A stretch of 64,000 nt of DNA from Alphaproteobacteria bacterium. GTDB lineage: Bacteria > Pseudomonadota > Alphaproteobacteria > UBA828. Below are positions 43,285 through 53,575 of this stretch, piece after piece. Made by a program: the position numbers and the translations under genes. Each line of letters starts with the position of its first letter. Position 1 is the first letter of the stretch. The stretch spans positions 128,001 to 192,000 of the forward strand of contig CBDCRW010000003.1 in the NCBI GenBank assembly GCA_965221125.1, written 5' to 3'. The notes beneath the pieces were generated by a model that worked only from the letters and a program-made list of their open reading frames with translations, was not told the DNA's origin and did not search any database.

Positions 43285-44127
43285 TCAGGGCTTTCGGCCG
43301 ATTGCGGCGCCCCAAGCGAAGGCGGCGAAGGCGCCGGGCTCCTCCATCCATTCGTCGAGCGAACGGCGCCAGCGCTCGAACTGCTCCTCGCTCGCCAGCC
43401 CGTGCTTGATGGCCGCCGCCATGGTGAGCGGCGAGAAGAACCAGCCGACGATCAGGCCATGGAGAAAGCCCAGGTCGTCGGCCGTGTCGTACGTCTCGAA
43501 GGAGGCGGAGGCGCGAACGTCGACGAACCCGGCCTCGACGAACGCGGCCTTCAGCTCCCTGCCCATCTGCGGGTGGCCGCCGTTGGCCGCGAGCAGCTTG
43601 AGGAAGGTCGCCCACACGGTCTCGCCGATGATGCCGCCGATGTCGCGCGCGGGCTCGACGAAGGACGAATCGCCGAATACCTCGCGCGCGGCGAACAGCC
43701 CGCCCGGCTTCAGCACCCGCTTCACCTCGGCCAGCACCGCCTGCGTAGCCGGCGCATGGTTGAGCAGGGCGTGGCAGTGGACCACGTCGAACGAGGCGTC
43801 GTCGAAGGGAAGGCCGGTCGCGTCGCCGGTCCGGAACGAGGCGTTGTCGTGCCCGCCGGCCTTGGCAGCGGCGTTGGCCATCTCGACCTGCGTCTCCTCC
43901 ATGTCCACGCCGTCCACCGTGCCGGGCGCCACCGCCTCCGCCAGGCCTACGGAAATCGTGCCGGGCCCGCAGCCGAGGTCGAGCAGGCGCATGCCGGGCC
44001 TGAGGTGCGGCAGCAGGTGAGCGGCGCAGTCCGCCGCGTTTCGCCGCTCCAGCATCTTTCGGAATTCCGGGCCGTAGCCCATCGTGTAGGTGGGCGTGGA
44101 CTCGCTCGCCGATTCGTCGCGGCTCAT
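43285..44127 (-). CDS. Class I SAM-dependent methyltransferase
   Basis: LLPHLRPGMRLLDLGCGPGTIS, GVDM, LPFDDASFDVV, RVLKPGG; start placed at ATG 44127. Confidence 0.9.
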   Translation of the reverse strand: MSRDESASESTPTYTMGYGPEFRKMLERRNAADCAAHLLPHLRPGMRLLDLGCGPGTISVGLAEAVAPGTVDGVDMEETQVEMANAAAKAGGHDNASFRTGDATGLPFDDASFDVVHCHALLNHAPATQAVLAEVKRVLKPGGLFAAREVFGDSSFVEPARDIGGIIGETVWATFLKLLAANGGHPQMGRELKAAFVEAGFVDVRASASFETYDTADDLGFLHGLIVGWFFSPLTMAAAIKHGLASEEQFERWRRSLDEWMEEPGAFAAFAWGAAIGRKP

Positions 44128-44230
44128 GAGAGGCTCCTTGGTTCGTCCTGCTTGAATTGACATTTGAGAAACGTTTTGCACCGTATTCAATTAATTGATA
44201 AGCGCCGGCCCGGCAAAAGGAGGCGTTCAG

Positions 44231-44362
44231 GTGACGAAGACTCTCGACGGTGCCTGCCATTGCGGCGCGATCGGCGTCGCGCTCGAAGTGGAGGACGTGC
44301 CGGGACGGCTCGCGCGGCGCAAGCAGCGCTGGATCTCCAACGTCACCATCGTCGAGGGCTGA
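44231..44362 (+). pseudogene. Internally deleted GFA/CENP-V family gene remnant (43 codons)
   Basis: RBS AGGAGG, GTG start, MTKTLDGACHCGAIGVALEVEDVPGRLARRKQRWISNVTIVEG*. The N-terminal GxCHCG motif is joined directly to a C-terminal-like RLARRxxxWI segment. Confidence 0.6.
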
Positions 44363-44379
44363 CCGACAGCCCTTTCGAG

Positions 44380-45201
44380 CTAGAGGCCGGACAGGAACTC
44401 CGCCAGGATTTCGTTGAACCTGTCGGGATACTCCCAGAACATCATGTGCCCGCCGAAGGCGTCGACGCGCGCGTTGGGGCAGTGCTTCGCCAGGAAAGGC
44501 CTTGCCGTCTCGGCCCAGTGGTCGGCGACGAAGAAGACGGAAGGAATCTCCGTGTCCACCTGCTTCGCCTCCTCCAGGTAGTTGGCGAAGCACACGTCGG
44601 CGATGAGGTTGGCGGCGATGAGCGGCGGCGTCGCCAGCGACTGCTCGACCACCCACGCGGTCACTTCCGGCGTCAGCTCGCCTTCGATCATGATGTTGTC
44701 GGCGTACCAGGTGACGACGGCGCGCTGCCCCTGCGCGGTCTGCACTCCCTGGAAGAACCCGGCGAGAGCGTCGATCGCCCCCTCGACCCAGTCGCTCGTC
44801 TCGTAGCTCATCCCGAGCGGCGGCATGTCGACGGAGACCAGGCCCCGGATGCCGCCGGTGCCCCGATTGCGGACGTGGTGCCAGGCGGTGAGCGAACCCG
44901 CCGACCAGCCGACGAGAACCGGGTTCTCCACGGACAGGTGATCGAGGAGCGCGGCCAGATCGGCGGCCTGGGTGGCGTAGTTGTTGCCGTCGCTGGTCAC
45001 GGTCGAGCGCCCGTGACTGCGCGGGTCGAACGAGATGACCCGATGGGTGCCCGCGAACGCTGCGAACTGGTGGTCGAACACCCGGGTGGTGAAGGTCCAG
45101 CCGGGGATCAGGACGAGCGGAGGTCCCTCCCCCTCGTCCTCGTAGTAGATGTCGACGCCGGGCGCGACTTCGACGTAAGAGCCGATGCGTTGAGCGGTCA
45201 T
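44380..45201 (-). CDS. Alpha/beta hydrolase
   Basis: YYEDEGEGPPLVLIPGW, FDPRSHGRS, nucleophile elbow VGWSAG, GHMMFWEYPDRFN. Confidence 0.9.
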   Translation of the reverse strand: MTAQRIGSYVEVAPGVDIYYEDEGEGPPLVLIPGWTFTTRVFDHQFAAFAGTHRVISFDPRSHGRSTVTSDGNNYATQAADLAALLDHLSVENPVLVGWSAGSLTAWHHVRNRGTGGIRGLVSVDMPPLGMSYETSDWVEGAIDALAGFFQGVQTAQGQRAVVTWYADNIMIEGELTPEVTAWVVEQSLATPPLIAANLIADVCFANYLEEAKQVDTEIPSVFFVADHWAETARPFLAKHCPNARVDAFGGHMMFWEYPDRFNEILAEFLSGL

Positions 45202-45240
45202 GCTCCCTCCTGCCAAGGGCCGGTCGGCTGCGCTCTGCCG

Positions 45241-46254
45241 TCAGCCGCTGCGATAGATGTAGCTGTAGGCGTTGATCGCCGGCACGCCGCCGAGATGAGC
45301 GTAGAGCACCCGCGAGCCGGCCGGGAAAAAACCCGTCCGCACGAGGTCGATCATGCCCTGCATGGATTTCCCCTCGTAGACGGGGTCCGTCATCATCCCC
45401 TCAAGGCGCGCCGCGAGACGGATCGCCTCGTTGGTCTCCGCCGACGGCACGCCGTAGTTGGGATAGGCGTAGTTCTCCAGCAGGACCAGATCCTCATCGG
45501 CGATCTCGCGGCCGAGTTCCACGAGGTCCGCCGTGTTGCGCGCGATGTCCATGACCTGCGCACGGGTCTCCGCCGGCGTCGCGGACGCATCGATGCCGAT
45601 GACCCTGTCGGCGCGCCCGTCCCTGGCGAAGCCCACGAGCATGCCGGCATGGGTGGAGCCCGTGACGGTGCAGACGACGACGTAGTCGAACGTGAAGCCG
45701 AGCTCCTGCTCCTGCGCCCTCACCTCTTCGGCGAAGCCGACGTAACCGAGGCCGCCGAACTTGTGGACCGACGCGCCGGCCGGGATGGGATAGGGCTTCC
45801 CTCCCTGCGCCTTCACATCCTCGATCGCCTTCAGCCAGCTCTCGCGAATGCCGATGTCGAAGCCTTCGTTGACCAGCTCGATTTCCGCGCCCATCACGCG
45901 GCTCATCAGGATGTTGCCGACCCGGTCGTAGACGGCGTCCTCGAACGGCACCCAGCTCTCCTGCACGAGGCGGCACTTCATGCCGAGCTTGGCGGCGACG
46001 GCGGCGACCTGGCGCGTGTGGTTGGACTGCACGCCCCCGATGGTGACGAGCGTATCGGCGTTGGACGCGATGGCGTCGGGCACGATGTACTCGAGCTTGC
46101 GGATCTTGTTGCCGCCAAAGGCGAGGCCCGAGTTGCAGTCGTCCCGCTTGGCGTAGAGCTGGACGGCGCCGCCCAGGTGGTCGGACAACCGGCCCAGATG
46201 CTCGATGGGCGTCGGCCCAAAGGTCAGGGGATAGCGCTCGAACTTCTCCAGCAT
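45241..46254 (-). CDS. acdS: 1-aminocyclopropane-1-carboxylate deaminase
   Basis: [62 protein letters not shown]. The Glu and Leu that distinguish ACC deaminase from D-cysteine desulfhydrase are present. Confidence 0.93.
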   Translation of the reverse strand: MLEKFERYPLTFGPTPIEHLGRLSDHLGGAVQLYAKRDDCNSGLAFGGNKIRKLEYIVPDAIASNADTLVTIGGVQSNHTRQVAAVAAKLGMKCRLVQESWVPFEDAVYDRVGNILMSRVMGAEIELVNEGFDIGIRESWLKAIEDVKAQGGKPYPIPAGASVHKFGGLGYVGFAEEVRAQEQELGFTFDYVVVCTVTGSTHAGMLVGFARDGRADRVIGIDASATPAETRAQVMDIARNTADLVELGREIADEDLVLLENYAYPNYGVPSAETNEAIRLAARLEGMMTDPVYEGKSMQGMIDLVRTGFFPAGSRVLYAHLGGVPAINAYSYIYRSG

Positions 46255-46410
46255 TCCGTCCGCAAGCTCCCTCGAAGGGCGGCGTCCTCCGCACAATCCC
46301 AACACAACCGCCCCCGCCGCGTCCACTGTCGGACGCCCGTGGCGCCGAAGCCGCTCAAGGCGGCACCGTTCCCAGGGAGCAGGAAACGACTATGCTGCCC
46401 GTGCACTTCG

Positions 46411-47790
46411 ATGAGTACACAAGCGGGTGTCGAGGCGCGGACCGTGCCGGATCGGGAGAGCGACAGGCTGAGCGGGCGCGTGCGCCGCTATGCGCGGGTC
46501 GGCACACGGGTCGGCGGCGTGGCGGCGCGCATCGCGGGCCAGCGCTATCTCGGCCTGCCCGCCGACCGGGAGCGCAACGCCGCCGAGCTCAAGCGCGCGT
46601 TGGGCGGCCTCAAGGGGCCGCTGATGAAGGTCGCGCAGCTGCTGGCGACAGTCCCCGGCGGGCTGCCGGACGAGTACGCCGAGGCGCTCGGCGCGCTGCA
46701 GTCGCAGGCGCCCGCGATGGGCTGGAGCTTCGTCAAGCGCCGCATGGCCGCCGAGCTCGGCTCCGACTGGCGCGCGGCCTTCGCCGAATTCGAACCGGAC
46801 GCGGCGGCCGCGGCCTCCCTCGGCCAGGTGCACCGCGCCACGGCTCATGACGGCACGCCGCTCGCCTGCAAGCTGCAGTACCCGGACATGGCGTCGGCGG
46901 TCGCGGCGGACATCCGCCAGCTCAAGCTCATCTTCGCCGTCTACGCCCGCTACGACCGGGCCATCGATACCGGCGAGATCCACGCCGAGATCGCGGCCCG
47001 GCTCCGCGAGGAGCTCGACTACGAGCGCGAGGCCGGGCACATGGCGCTCTACGGCGAGATGCTGAAGGACGATCCGGGCGTCCACGTGCCGGTGGTCGAG
47101 ACCGCGCTTTCCACCGGGCGGCTGCTCACCATGAACTGGCTCGACGGCGCCCGCCTGCTGGACTTCACCGAGGCCCCGCTGGAGCGGCGCAACGATATCG
47201 CGCTGCACATGTTCAGCGCCTGGTACGTGCCGCTCTACCGCTTCGGCGTGCTCCACGGCGACCCGCACCTCGGCAACTACACCGTGCGCGAGGACGGCAC
47301 GATCAACCTCCTCGATTACGGCTGCATCCGCGTGTTCGACAGCCGCTTCGTCCACGGCATCATCGACCTCTACCACGCGGTGCGGGACGACGACCGCGAC
47401 CTCGCGGTGCACGCCTACGAGACCTGGGGCTTCAGCGACCTCACCAACGACATGGTGGACGCGCTCAACATCTGGGCACACTACATCTACGGGCCGCTGA
47501 TCGACGACCGCGTCCGCATGATCGACGAATCCGGCAACGCGCACTACGGCGGCGCGGTCGCGGCCAGGACGCACCGGGAGATCCGCCGTCTCGGCGGCGT
47601 CACCCCACCACGCGAGTTCGTGCTGATCGACCGCTCGGCGATCGGGCTGGGCTCGGTCTTCCTCCACCTCAAGGCCGAGCTCAACTGGCATCGGCTCTAC
47701 GAGGAGCTGATTGCCGATTTCGAGGCCGCCCGGCTCACGCGCCGCCAGACCGCTGCACTGGAGCGCTGCGGCGTGCCCGAGGCCGCCTGA
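46411..47790 (+). CDS. ABC1/UbiB (AarF/COQ8-like) atypical kinase
   Basis: LGGLKGPLMKVAQ, AAASLGQVHRA, CKLQYP, EELDYEREA, HGDPHLGNY, LLDYGC; start at ATG 46411. Confidence 0.9.
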   Translation: MSTQAGVEARTVPDRESDRLSGRVRRYARVGTRVGGVAARIAGQRYLGLPADRERNAAELKRALGGLKGPLMKVAQLLATVPGGLPDEYAEALGALQSQAPAMGWSFVKRRMAAELGSDWRAAFAEFEPDAAAAASLGQVHRATAHDGTPLACKLQYPDMASAVAADIRQLKLIFAVYARYDRAIDTGEIHAEIAARLREELDYEREAGHMALYGEMLKDDPGVHVPVVETALSTGRLLTMNWLDGARLLDFTEAPLERRNDIALHMFSAWYVPLYRFGVLHGDPHLGNYTVREDGTINLLDYGCIRVFDSRFVHGIIDLYHAVRDDDRDLAVHAYETWGFSDLTNDMVDALNIWAHYIYGPLIDDRVRMIDESGNAHYGGAVAARTHREIRRLGGVTPPREFVLIDRSAIGLGSVFLHLKAELNWHRLYEELIADFEAARLTRRQTAALERCGVPEAA

Positions 47791-47920
47791 CGGCCGCCTG
47801 GCGCACGCTTCCGCCCCCCACCCGACCTTCCGTGAAAACGCGCGCACCGGGCCTTGGCAAACGGCATCGGGCGGGGCATTGTGACGCCGCGCCCGGGCAG
47901 GCGGAGTCGTCGGTGCAGGC

Positions 47921-49072
47921 ATGAGGATCGGGGTTCCGAAGGAGATTGTCCCGGGCGAGACCCGCATCGCCGCGTCACCGGATTCCATCAGGAAATTCAC
48001 CACGCTCGGCGTGGACGTGCTGGTGGAATGCGGCGCCGGTGCAGGCGCCCAGATGTCGGACGAAGAGCTGACGGAAGCCGGCGCGCAGATCGCCCCCGAC
48101 GCGAAGACGATTTACGGCGAGGCCGACCTCGTCACCAAGGTCCGCGCGCCGCTCACGGACGGGAACGCGCTGGACGAGCTCGCCCTGGTGAGGCCGGAGG
48201 CGGTGCTGGTCGGGCTGCTTGCGCCCCTGCAGCAGCGCGAGATGGTCGCCCGCTACGCCGAACGCGGCGTCACCTCCTTCGCCATGGAGCTGATCCCGCG
48301 CATCAGCCGCGCGCAGTCCATGGATGCGCTCTCATCCCAGAGCAACATCGCGGGCTACAAGGCCGTGATCGACGCGGCCGAGCATTTCGGCCGCATCCTG
48401 CCCATGATGATGACGGCGGCCGGCACCGTAGCGCCGGCGCGGGTGGTGGTGCTCGGCGCGGGCGTGGCCGGGCTGCAGGCGATCGCGACCGCCAAGCGCC
48501 TCGGCGCGCTGGTCTCGGCCTTCGACGTGCGGCCGGCGGTCAAGGAGCAGGTGGAAAGCCTCGGCGCCAAGTTCGTCTCCGTCGATGCCGACGCCGCGGA
48601 TGCGGAGACCGCAGGCGGCTACGCCAGGGAGATGGACGACGCGTACAAGGAACGGCAATCCGCGCTCATCCACGAGACGCTGGCCAGGCAGGACATCTGC
48701 ATCACGACGGCGCAGATTCCCGGCAGGCCCGCTCCCGAGCTCATCACCGAGGCGATGGTCGAAGACATGAAGCCCGGCTCCGTGATCGTCGACCTCGCCG
48801 TCGAGACCGGCGGCAACTGCGCGCTCAGCGCCTACGACCAGGTGGTCGTGCGCCACGGCGTGACCATCATCGGCCACGCCAACTATCCCGCGCGGGTGCC
48901 GGTCGATACCAGCACGCTCTATGCGCGCAACCTCTTCAACTTCATCGAGCCGATGATCGACCGGGAGAGCGGCGCGCTCGCCATCGACTGGGAGGACGAG
49001 GTGATACGGGGCGCCCTGCTGACGAAGGGCGGCGACGTGGTGAACCCGGCGCTTCAAGGGGGAGAGATGTAA
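47921..49072 (+). CDS. pntAA: NAD(P) transhydrogenase alpha subunit part 1
   Basis: [58 protein letters not shown]. Confidence 0.96.
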   Translation: MRIGVPKEIVPGETRIAASPDSIRKFTTLGVDVLVECGAGAGAQMSDEELTEAGAQIAPDAKTIYGEADLVTKVRAPLTDGNALDELALVRPEAVLVGLLAPLQQREMVARYAERGVTSFAMELIPRISRAQSMDALSSQSNIAGYKAVIDAAEHFGRILPMMMTAAGTVAPARVVVLGAGVAGLQAIATAKRLGALVSAFDVRPAVKEQVESLGAKFVSVDADAADAETAGGYAREMDDAYKERQSALIHETLARQDICITTAQIPGRPAPELITEAMVEDMKPGSVIVDLAVETGGNCALSAYDQVVVRHGVTIIGHANYPARVPVDTSTLYARNLFNFIEPMIDRESGALAIDWEDEVIRGALLTKGGDVVNPALQGGEM

Positions 49073-49074
49073 CC

Positions 49075-49377
49075 GTGGAGGCGGTGCTCGAGCTTCATCC
49101 GCTGGTCATTGCGGTCACGGTCTTCGTGCTCGCGGTGTTCATCGGCTACTACGTGGTGTGGAGCGTCACGCCCGCGCTGCATACGCCGCTCATGTCGGTC
49201 ACCAACGCGATTTCGAGCGTGATCATCGTGGGCGCGCTGCTGGCGGCGACGCCGGCCGAGGGCAGCGTCCTGGCCAAGATATTCGGCGGCGTCGCCGTGG
49301 GACTTGCCGCGGTCAATATATTCGGGGGCTTCACGGTCACCCAGCGCATGCTCGTGATGTTCAAGAAGAAGAAATAG
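49075..49377 (+). CDS. pntAB: NAD(P) transhydrogenase alpha subunit part 2
   Basis: [38 protein letters not shown]; GTG start assumed. Confidence 0.95.
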   Translation: MEAVLELHPLVIAVTVFVLAVFIGYYVVWSVTPALHTPLMSVTNAISSVIIVGALLAATPAEGSVLAKIFGGVAVGLAAVNIFGGFTVTQRMLVMFKKKK

Positions 49378-49389
49378 GCGGCGCGTCTG

Positions 49390-50772
49390 ATGACCTCCAA
49401 TCTGGCGGCGATCCTCTACCTGATCGCCGGCGTCTGCTTCATCATGGCGCTGCGGGGCCTGTCCTCGCCCGCGACCGCGCGCAGCGGCAACATCTTCGGC
49501 ATCGCCGGCATGGTGATCGCCATCGGCACGACCCTCGGCCAGCCGGGGGTCGACGACTACCTGTGGATCGGCGTCGGCATCGTCGTCGGCGGGCTGATCG
49601 GCACGGTGATCGCCCTCCGCATCCGCATGACTGCGATGCCGCAGCTCGTGGCCGCCTTCCACAGCCTGGTGGGGCTGGCCGCGGTGCTCGTCGCCGGCGC
49701 CGCGCTCTATGCGCCGGAGACCTTCCACATCGGCACGCCCGGCGACATCAGGCTGGTGAGCCGCATCGAGATGAGCTTCGGCGTGGTGATCGGCGCGCTC
49801 ACCTTCACCGGCTCGGTCGTCGCCTTCGCCAAGCTGCAGGAGCTGATGACCGGCGCGCCGCTGGTCTTTCGCGGCCAGCACATGCTCAACCTCGCGCTCA
49901 TCATCGCCATCATCGCCCTCGGCGCGGTCTTTTCCGTCGAGCAGCAGGAGAGCGTGTTCTGGGCCATGACCGGCCTCGCGCTGATCTTCGGCGTGCTGCT
50001 CATCGTCCCCATTGGCGGCGCCGACATGCCGGTGGTGATCTCGATGCTGAACTCGTACTCGGGATGGGCGGCGGCGGGCATCGGCTTCACCCTCGAGAAC
50101 ACGGTGCTCATCATCGTCGGCGCGCTGGTGGGCTCGGCCGGCGCGATCCTCAGCTACATCATGTGCCGCGCGATGAACCGCTCCTTCATCAGCGTGATCC
50201 TGGGCGGCTTCGGCACCGATTCCGCGCGTGCCGTGACGGCGACCGACCGCACCCACAAGGCCGGCAGCGCCGACGATGCCGCCTTCATCATGCGCAACGC
50301 GGGCACCGTGGTGATCGTGCCGGGCTACGGCCTCGCCGTCGCCCAGGCGCAGCATGCGTTGCGTGAGATGGCTGGCCTCCTCCAGAAGGAAGGGGTCGAC
50401 GTTCGCTACGCGATCCATCCCGTTGCCGGCCGCATGCCGGGCCACATGAACGTGCTGCTGGCCGAGGCCAACGTCCCCTACGACGAGGTCTTCGAGCTGG
50501 AGGACATCAACAGCGACATGCCCAACACCGACGTCGCCCTCGTGATCGGCGCCAACGACGTGGTCAATCCGGTGGCGAAGACGGATCCGCAGAGCCCCAT
50601 CGCAGGCATGCCGATCCTCGACGTGGAGCTCTGCAAGACGGTGCTGTTCGTCAAGCGCTCGCTGGCGCCCGGCTACGCGGGCATCGACAACCCGGTGTTC
50701 TACCGGGACAACACGATGATGCTCTTCGGCGACGCCAAGAAGATGGTCGAGGAAATCGTCAAGTCCCTCTGA
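49390..50772 (+). CDS. pntB: NAD(P) transhydrogenase beta subunit
   Basis: MTAMPQLVAAFHSLVGLAA, IGGADMPVVISMLNSYSG, PGYGLAVAQAQH, HPVAGRMPGHMNVLLAEA. Confidence 0.97.
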   Translation: MTSNLAAILYLIAGVCFIMALRGLSSPATARSGNIFGIAGMVIAIGTTLGQPGVDDYLWIGVGIVVGGLIGTVIALRIRMTAMPQLVAAFHSLVGLAAVLVAGAALYAPETFHIGTPGDIRLVSRIEMSFGVVIGALTFTGSVVAFAKLQELMTGAPLVFRGQHMLNLALIIAIIALGAVFSVEQQESVFWAMTGLALIFGVLLIVPIGGADMPVVISMLNSYSGWAAAGIGFTLENTVLIIVGALVGSAGAILSYIMCRAMNRSFISVILGGFGTDSARAVTATDRTHKAGSADDAAFIMRNAGTVVIVPGYGLAVAQAQHALREMAGLLQKEGVDVRYAIHPVAGRMPGHMNVLLAEANVPYDEVFELEDINSDMPNTDVALVIGANDVVNPVAKTDPQSPIAGMPILDVELCKTVLFVKRSLAPGYAGIDNPVFYRDNTMMLFGDAKKMVEEIVKSL

Positions 50773-50879
50773 CCCTGTAATCTCTCATTTGGAATTGGGT
50801 CAGGCCACGCAGCCCTGCCGCGCGCGGCCAACAAAGCGGGAAATCTCAGGAAACGGCACCGCCCTACGCGGGGCGGCGA

Positions 50880-51083
50880 TTACTCTTCGCGCTGCGCGCG
50901 CTTGCGGGCGAGTTTCCGGGCACGCCGGACCGCCTCTGCCTTCTCCCGCGCCCGCCGCTCCGAGGGTTTCTCGTAGTGGCGGCGCATCTTCATTTCCCGG
51001 AAGATTCCTTCGCGCTGCATCTTTTTCTTGAGTGCTTTCAGCGCCTGATCGACATTGTTTTCGCGTACGACGACGTGAACCAA
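50880..51083 (-). CDS. rpsU: 30S ribosomal protein S21
   Basis: [29 protein letters not shown]...YEKPSE. Confidence 0.97.
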   Translation of the reverse strand: MVHVVVRENNVDQALKALKKKMQREGIFREMKMRRHYEKPSERRAREKAEAVRRARKLARKRAQREE

Positions 51084-51247
51084 AATTCTGCTTCCCTTCG
51101 CAAGATTTCGGGTTTCATTGCGGAGCGCGCGGCTCTATAGCACGCGTCGCCCACGCTGTGAAGGCGGCAGGCGCCCTGCCCGCGGCCGCTCACGAGGGCT
51201 AGAGTAGCACGGCGCGCGCGCCTTGCGGGCGGGAAAGGATGAACGCC

Positions 51248-51739
51248 ATGACCGAGACCACCGCCCAGGTCGGGATCATCATGGGGAGCCAGTCGGACTG
51301 GGAAACCATGCGCCATGCCGCGGACGCGCTGGAGGCGCTGGGCGTGGCGTTCGAAACGCGCATCGTCTCCGCCCACCGCACGCCCCGACGGCTCTATGCC
51401 TACGCCGAGGGCGCACGCGAGCGCGGGCTCAAGGTCGTGATCGCGGGCGCGGGCGGCGCAGCGCACCTGCCCGGCATGACCGCCTCGATGACCCCCCTCC
51501 CCGTGATCGGCGTCCCGGTCGAGAGCAAGAGCCTGAAGGGGATGGACAGCCTGCTCTCCATCGTCCAGATGCCGGCGGGCGTCCCCGTCGGCACTGTCGC
51601 CATCGGGCGCGCGGGCGCGGTCAACGCGGCGCTGCTTGCCGCCGCCATCGTGGCCCTCGGCGATGAGCGGGTGGCCGCCGCGCTCGACGAATGGCGGGCC
51701 AACCAGACCGCAGCGGTCGCCGAGACGCCGCAGTCCTGA
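51248..51739 (+). CDS. purE: N5-CAIR mutase
   Basis: [39 protein letters not shown]. Confidence 0.97.
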   Translation: MTETTAQVGIIMGSQSDWETMRHAADALEALGVAFETRIVSAHRTPRRLYAYAEGARERGLKVVIAGAGGAAHLPGMTASMTPLPVIGVPVESKSLKGMDSLLSIVQMPAGVPVGTVAIGRAGAVNAALLAAAIVALGDERVAAALDEWRANQTAAVAETPQS

Positions 51740-51743
51740 TCCC

Positions 51744-52859
51744 GTGATCGCGCCCGGCGGGACCATCGGCATACTCGGCGGCGGCCAGCTCGGCCGGATG
51801 CTGGCGCTCGCCGCAGCCCCCCTCGGCTACCGCTGCCACGTCTTCTCGCCGGAGCCGGGCGGCCCCGCCGCGCAGGTCGCGGCCGCCGAGACCGTGGCGG
51901 ACTACGACGACCGCGCGGCGCTGGATGCCTTCAGCGGGGCGGTGGACGCGGTCACGGTCGAGTTCGAGAACGTGCCGGCGGAGGCGCTGGAACGCTTGGC
52001 CCGCCGGGTGCTGGTGCGGCCGGGCGCGCGCTCGCTCCGCGTCGCCCAGAACCGCATTACGGAAAAGGATTTCGTGCGCGGCCTCGGCCTCGAGACGACG
52101 CTCTATGCAGCGGTCGAGGACGACGCGAGCGCCGGGGCCGCCGACCGGATGATCGGCCGGCCCGCCATTCTCAAGACCCAGACCCTCGGCTACGACGGCA
52201 AGGGGCAGGTCGCATTCGCGGCGGGCGACGATCTTCGGGTCGCCTGGCGCGGCACGCTCGGCGGACGACCCGCGATCCTGGAAGCGCTGGCGCCCATCGA
52301 GCGCGAGGTCTCGGTGGTCGTGGCCCGCGCGGCGGACGGGCACGTAGCGAGCTTCGATCCGGTCGAGAACCACCACGTGAACGGCATCCTCGACGTGACT
52401 CTGGCACCGGCGGACGTTTCTCCCGCCCTCGCCGAGGCTGCCCGCGACGCCGCCGCGCGCATCGTCCACGCGCTGGAGCACGTGGGCGTGCTGTGCGTCG
52501 AGCTGTTCGTCACCACGGACGGCCGCCTGCTGGTCAACGAGATCGCGCCCCGCGTCCATAACTCGGGCCACTGGACCATCGAGGGCTGCGAGACCAGCCA
52601 ATTCGCGCAGCACGTCCGCGCCGTCTGCGGCCAGCCCTTAGGTTCCACCGCGCGGCGCGCCAACGCCGCCATGAAGAACCTCGTTGGCGCCGACGTCGAG
52701 CACTGGCGCGCGCTCGCCGCCGACCCGGCTGCACACCTCCACCTCTACGGCAAGGCGGAGACCCGCCCCGACCGCAAGATGGGTCACGTCACCTGGCTCA
52801 GCCCCCTCAACGCCCCGCCGCCTGAGCCCCCCTGGCCGCCCTCGGCGACAAAGAACTAA
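51744..52859 (+). CDS. purK: N5-CAIR synthase (ATP-grasp)
   Basis: GILGGGQLGRM, EFENVP, GYDGKGQ, NEIAPRVHNSGHWT, HLYGK...RKMGHV; GTG start 51744. Confidence 0.96.
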   Translation: MIAPGGTIGILGGGQLGRMLALAAAPLGYRCHVFSPEPGGPAAQVAAAETVADYDDRAALDAFSGAVDAVTVEFENVPAEALERLARRVLVRPGARSLRVAQNRITEKDFVRGLGLETTLYAAVEDDASAGAADRMIGRPAILKTQTLGYDGKGQVAFAAGDDLRVAWRGTLGGRPAILEALAPIEREVSVVVARAADGHVASFDPVENHHVNGILDVTLAPADVSPALAEAARDAAARIVHALEHVGVLCVELFVTTDGRLLVNEIAPRVHNSGHWTIEGCETSQFAQHVRAVCGQPLGSTARRANAAMKNLVGADVEHWRALAADPAAHLHLYGKAETRPDRKMGHVTWLSPLNAPPPEPPWPPSATKN

Positions 52860-53575
52860 CGGTTGCGGACCAGCGCGACGAAGTTGTCGTAGAGGATGCG
52901 CGCGTCGCGGTTGAAGGCCGGCATGTTGCGCGCGGCCTCCGCCTCGAAGGGCGCGAGGCCGTCGGGGCCGAGCGTTCGGTCCAGCGACTCCTGGTAGGCG
53001 GGCACGGCGCCCCAGTCGGCGACCGTCGTCGGCGTGAGTTCCACGTGGTACTGCAGCCCGTAGGCGTGGCGGCCGACGCGGAAGGCCTGGACCGCGCAGA
53101 GCGGCGACGACGCGAGGCTCACGGAATCGTCGGGCAGCCGGGTCACCGCGCAGCCGTGCCACTGCAGGCAGGTCACGGTCGGTTCGAGCCCGGCCAGCAG
53201 CGGATCGGCGCGCCCGGCCTCCGTGAGGTCGACCGTCATGATGCCGACCTCGGGCTCGGGCATCGTCTCCACCCGGCCGCCCAGCGCATCGGCAAGCAGT
53301 TGGTGGCCGAGGCAGACGCCGAGGAAGGGCATGTCGCGCTCCGCCACGGCCTCGCGGATCGCCACCTTCTCGTCGGCGAGCCACGGGTGCGCCTCCTCCT
53401 CGAACACGTCCATCGGCCCGCCCATGGAGATCAGCGCGTCGTAGCCATCGAGGGGCGGAATGGCCTCGCCCTCGTCCAGCTCCACCGTGTCCCAGGCGAT
53501 GCCGTCCGCGCGCATGAAGTCGCGGAAGATGCCGGGATGCTCGATGTCGATGTGCTGGAGCACGAGGAACTTCAT
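52856..53575 (-). CDS. Type 1 glutamine amidotransferase-like protein
   Basis: LVLQH..IEHPG, MGGPMDV, LGVCLGHQLLA, QWHG, GLQYHVE; start ATG 53575 overlaps the upstream stop. Confidence 0.9.
   Translation of the reverse strand: MKFLVLQHIDIEHPGIFRDFMRADGIAWDTVELDEGEAIPPLDGYDALISMGGPMDVFEEEAHPWLADEKVAIREAVAERDMPFLGVCLGHQLLADALGGRVETMPEPEVGIMTVDLTEAGRADPLLAGLEPTVTCLQWHGCAVTRLPDDSVSLASSPLCAVQAFRVGRHAYGLQYHVELTPTTVADWGAVPAYQESLDRTLGPDGLAPFEAEAARNMPAFNRDARILYDNFVALVRNR

Noticed and set aside
44164-47790. 1208-aa ORF as a giant kinase fusion
   Set aside because: Only the part from ATG 46411 has ABC1 kinase motifs; the upstream part is the antisense shadow of acdS and the hydrolase.
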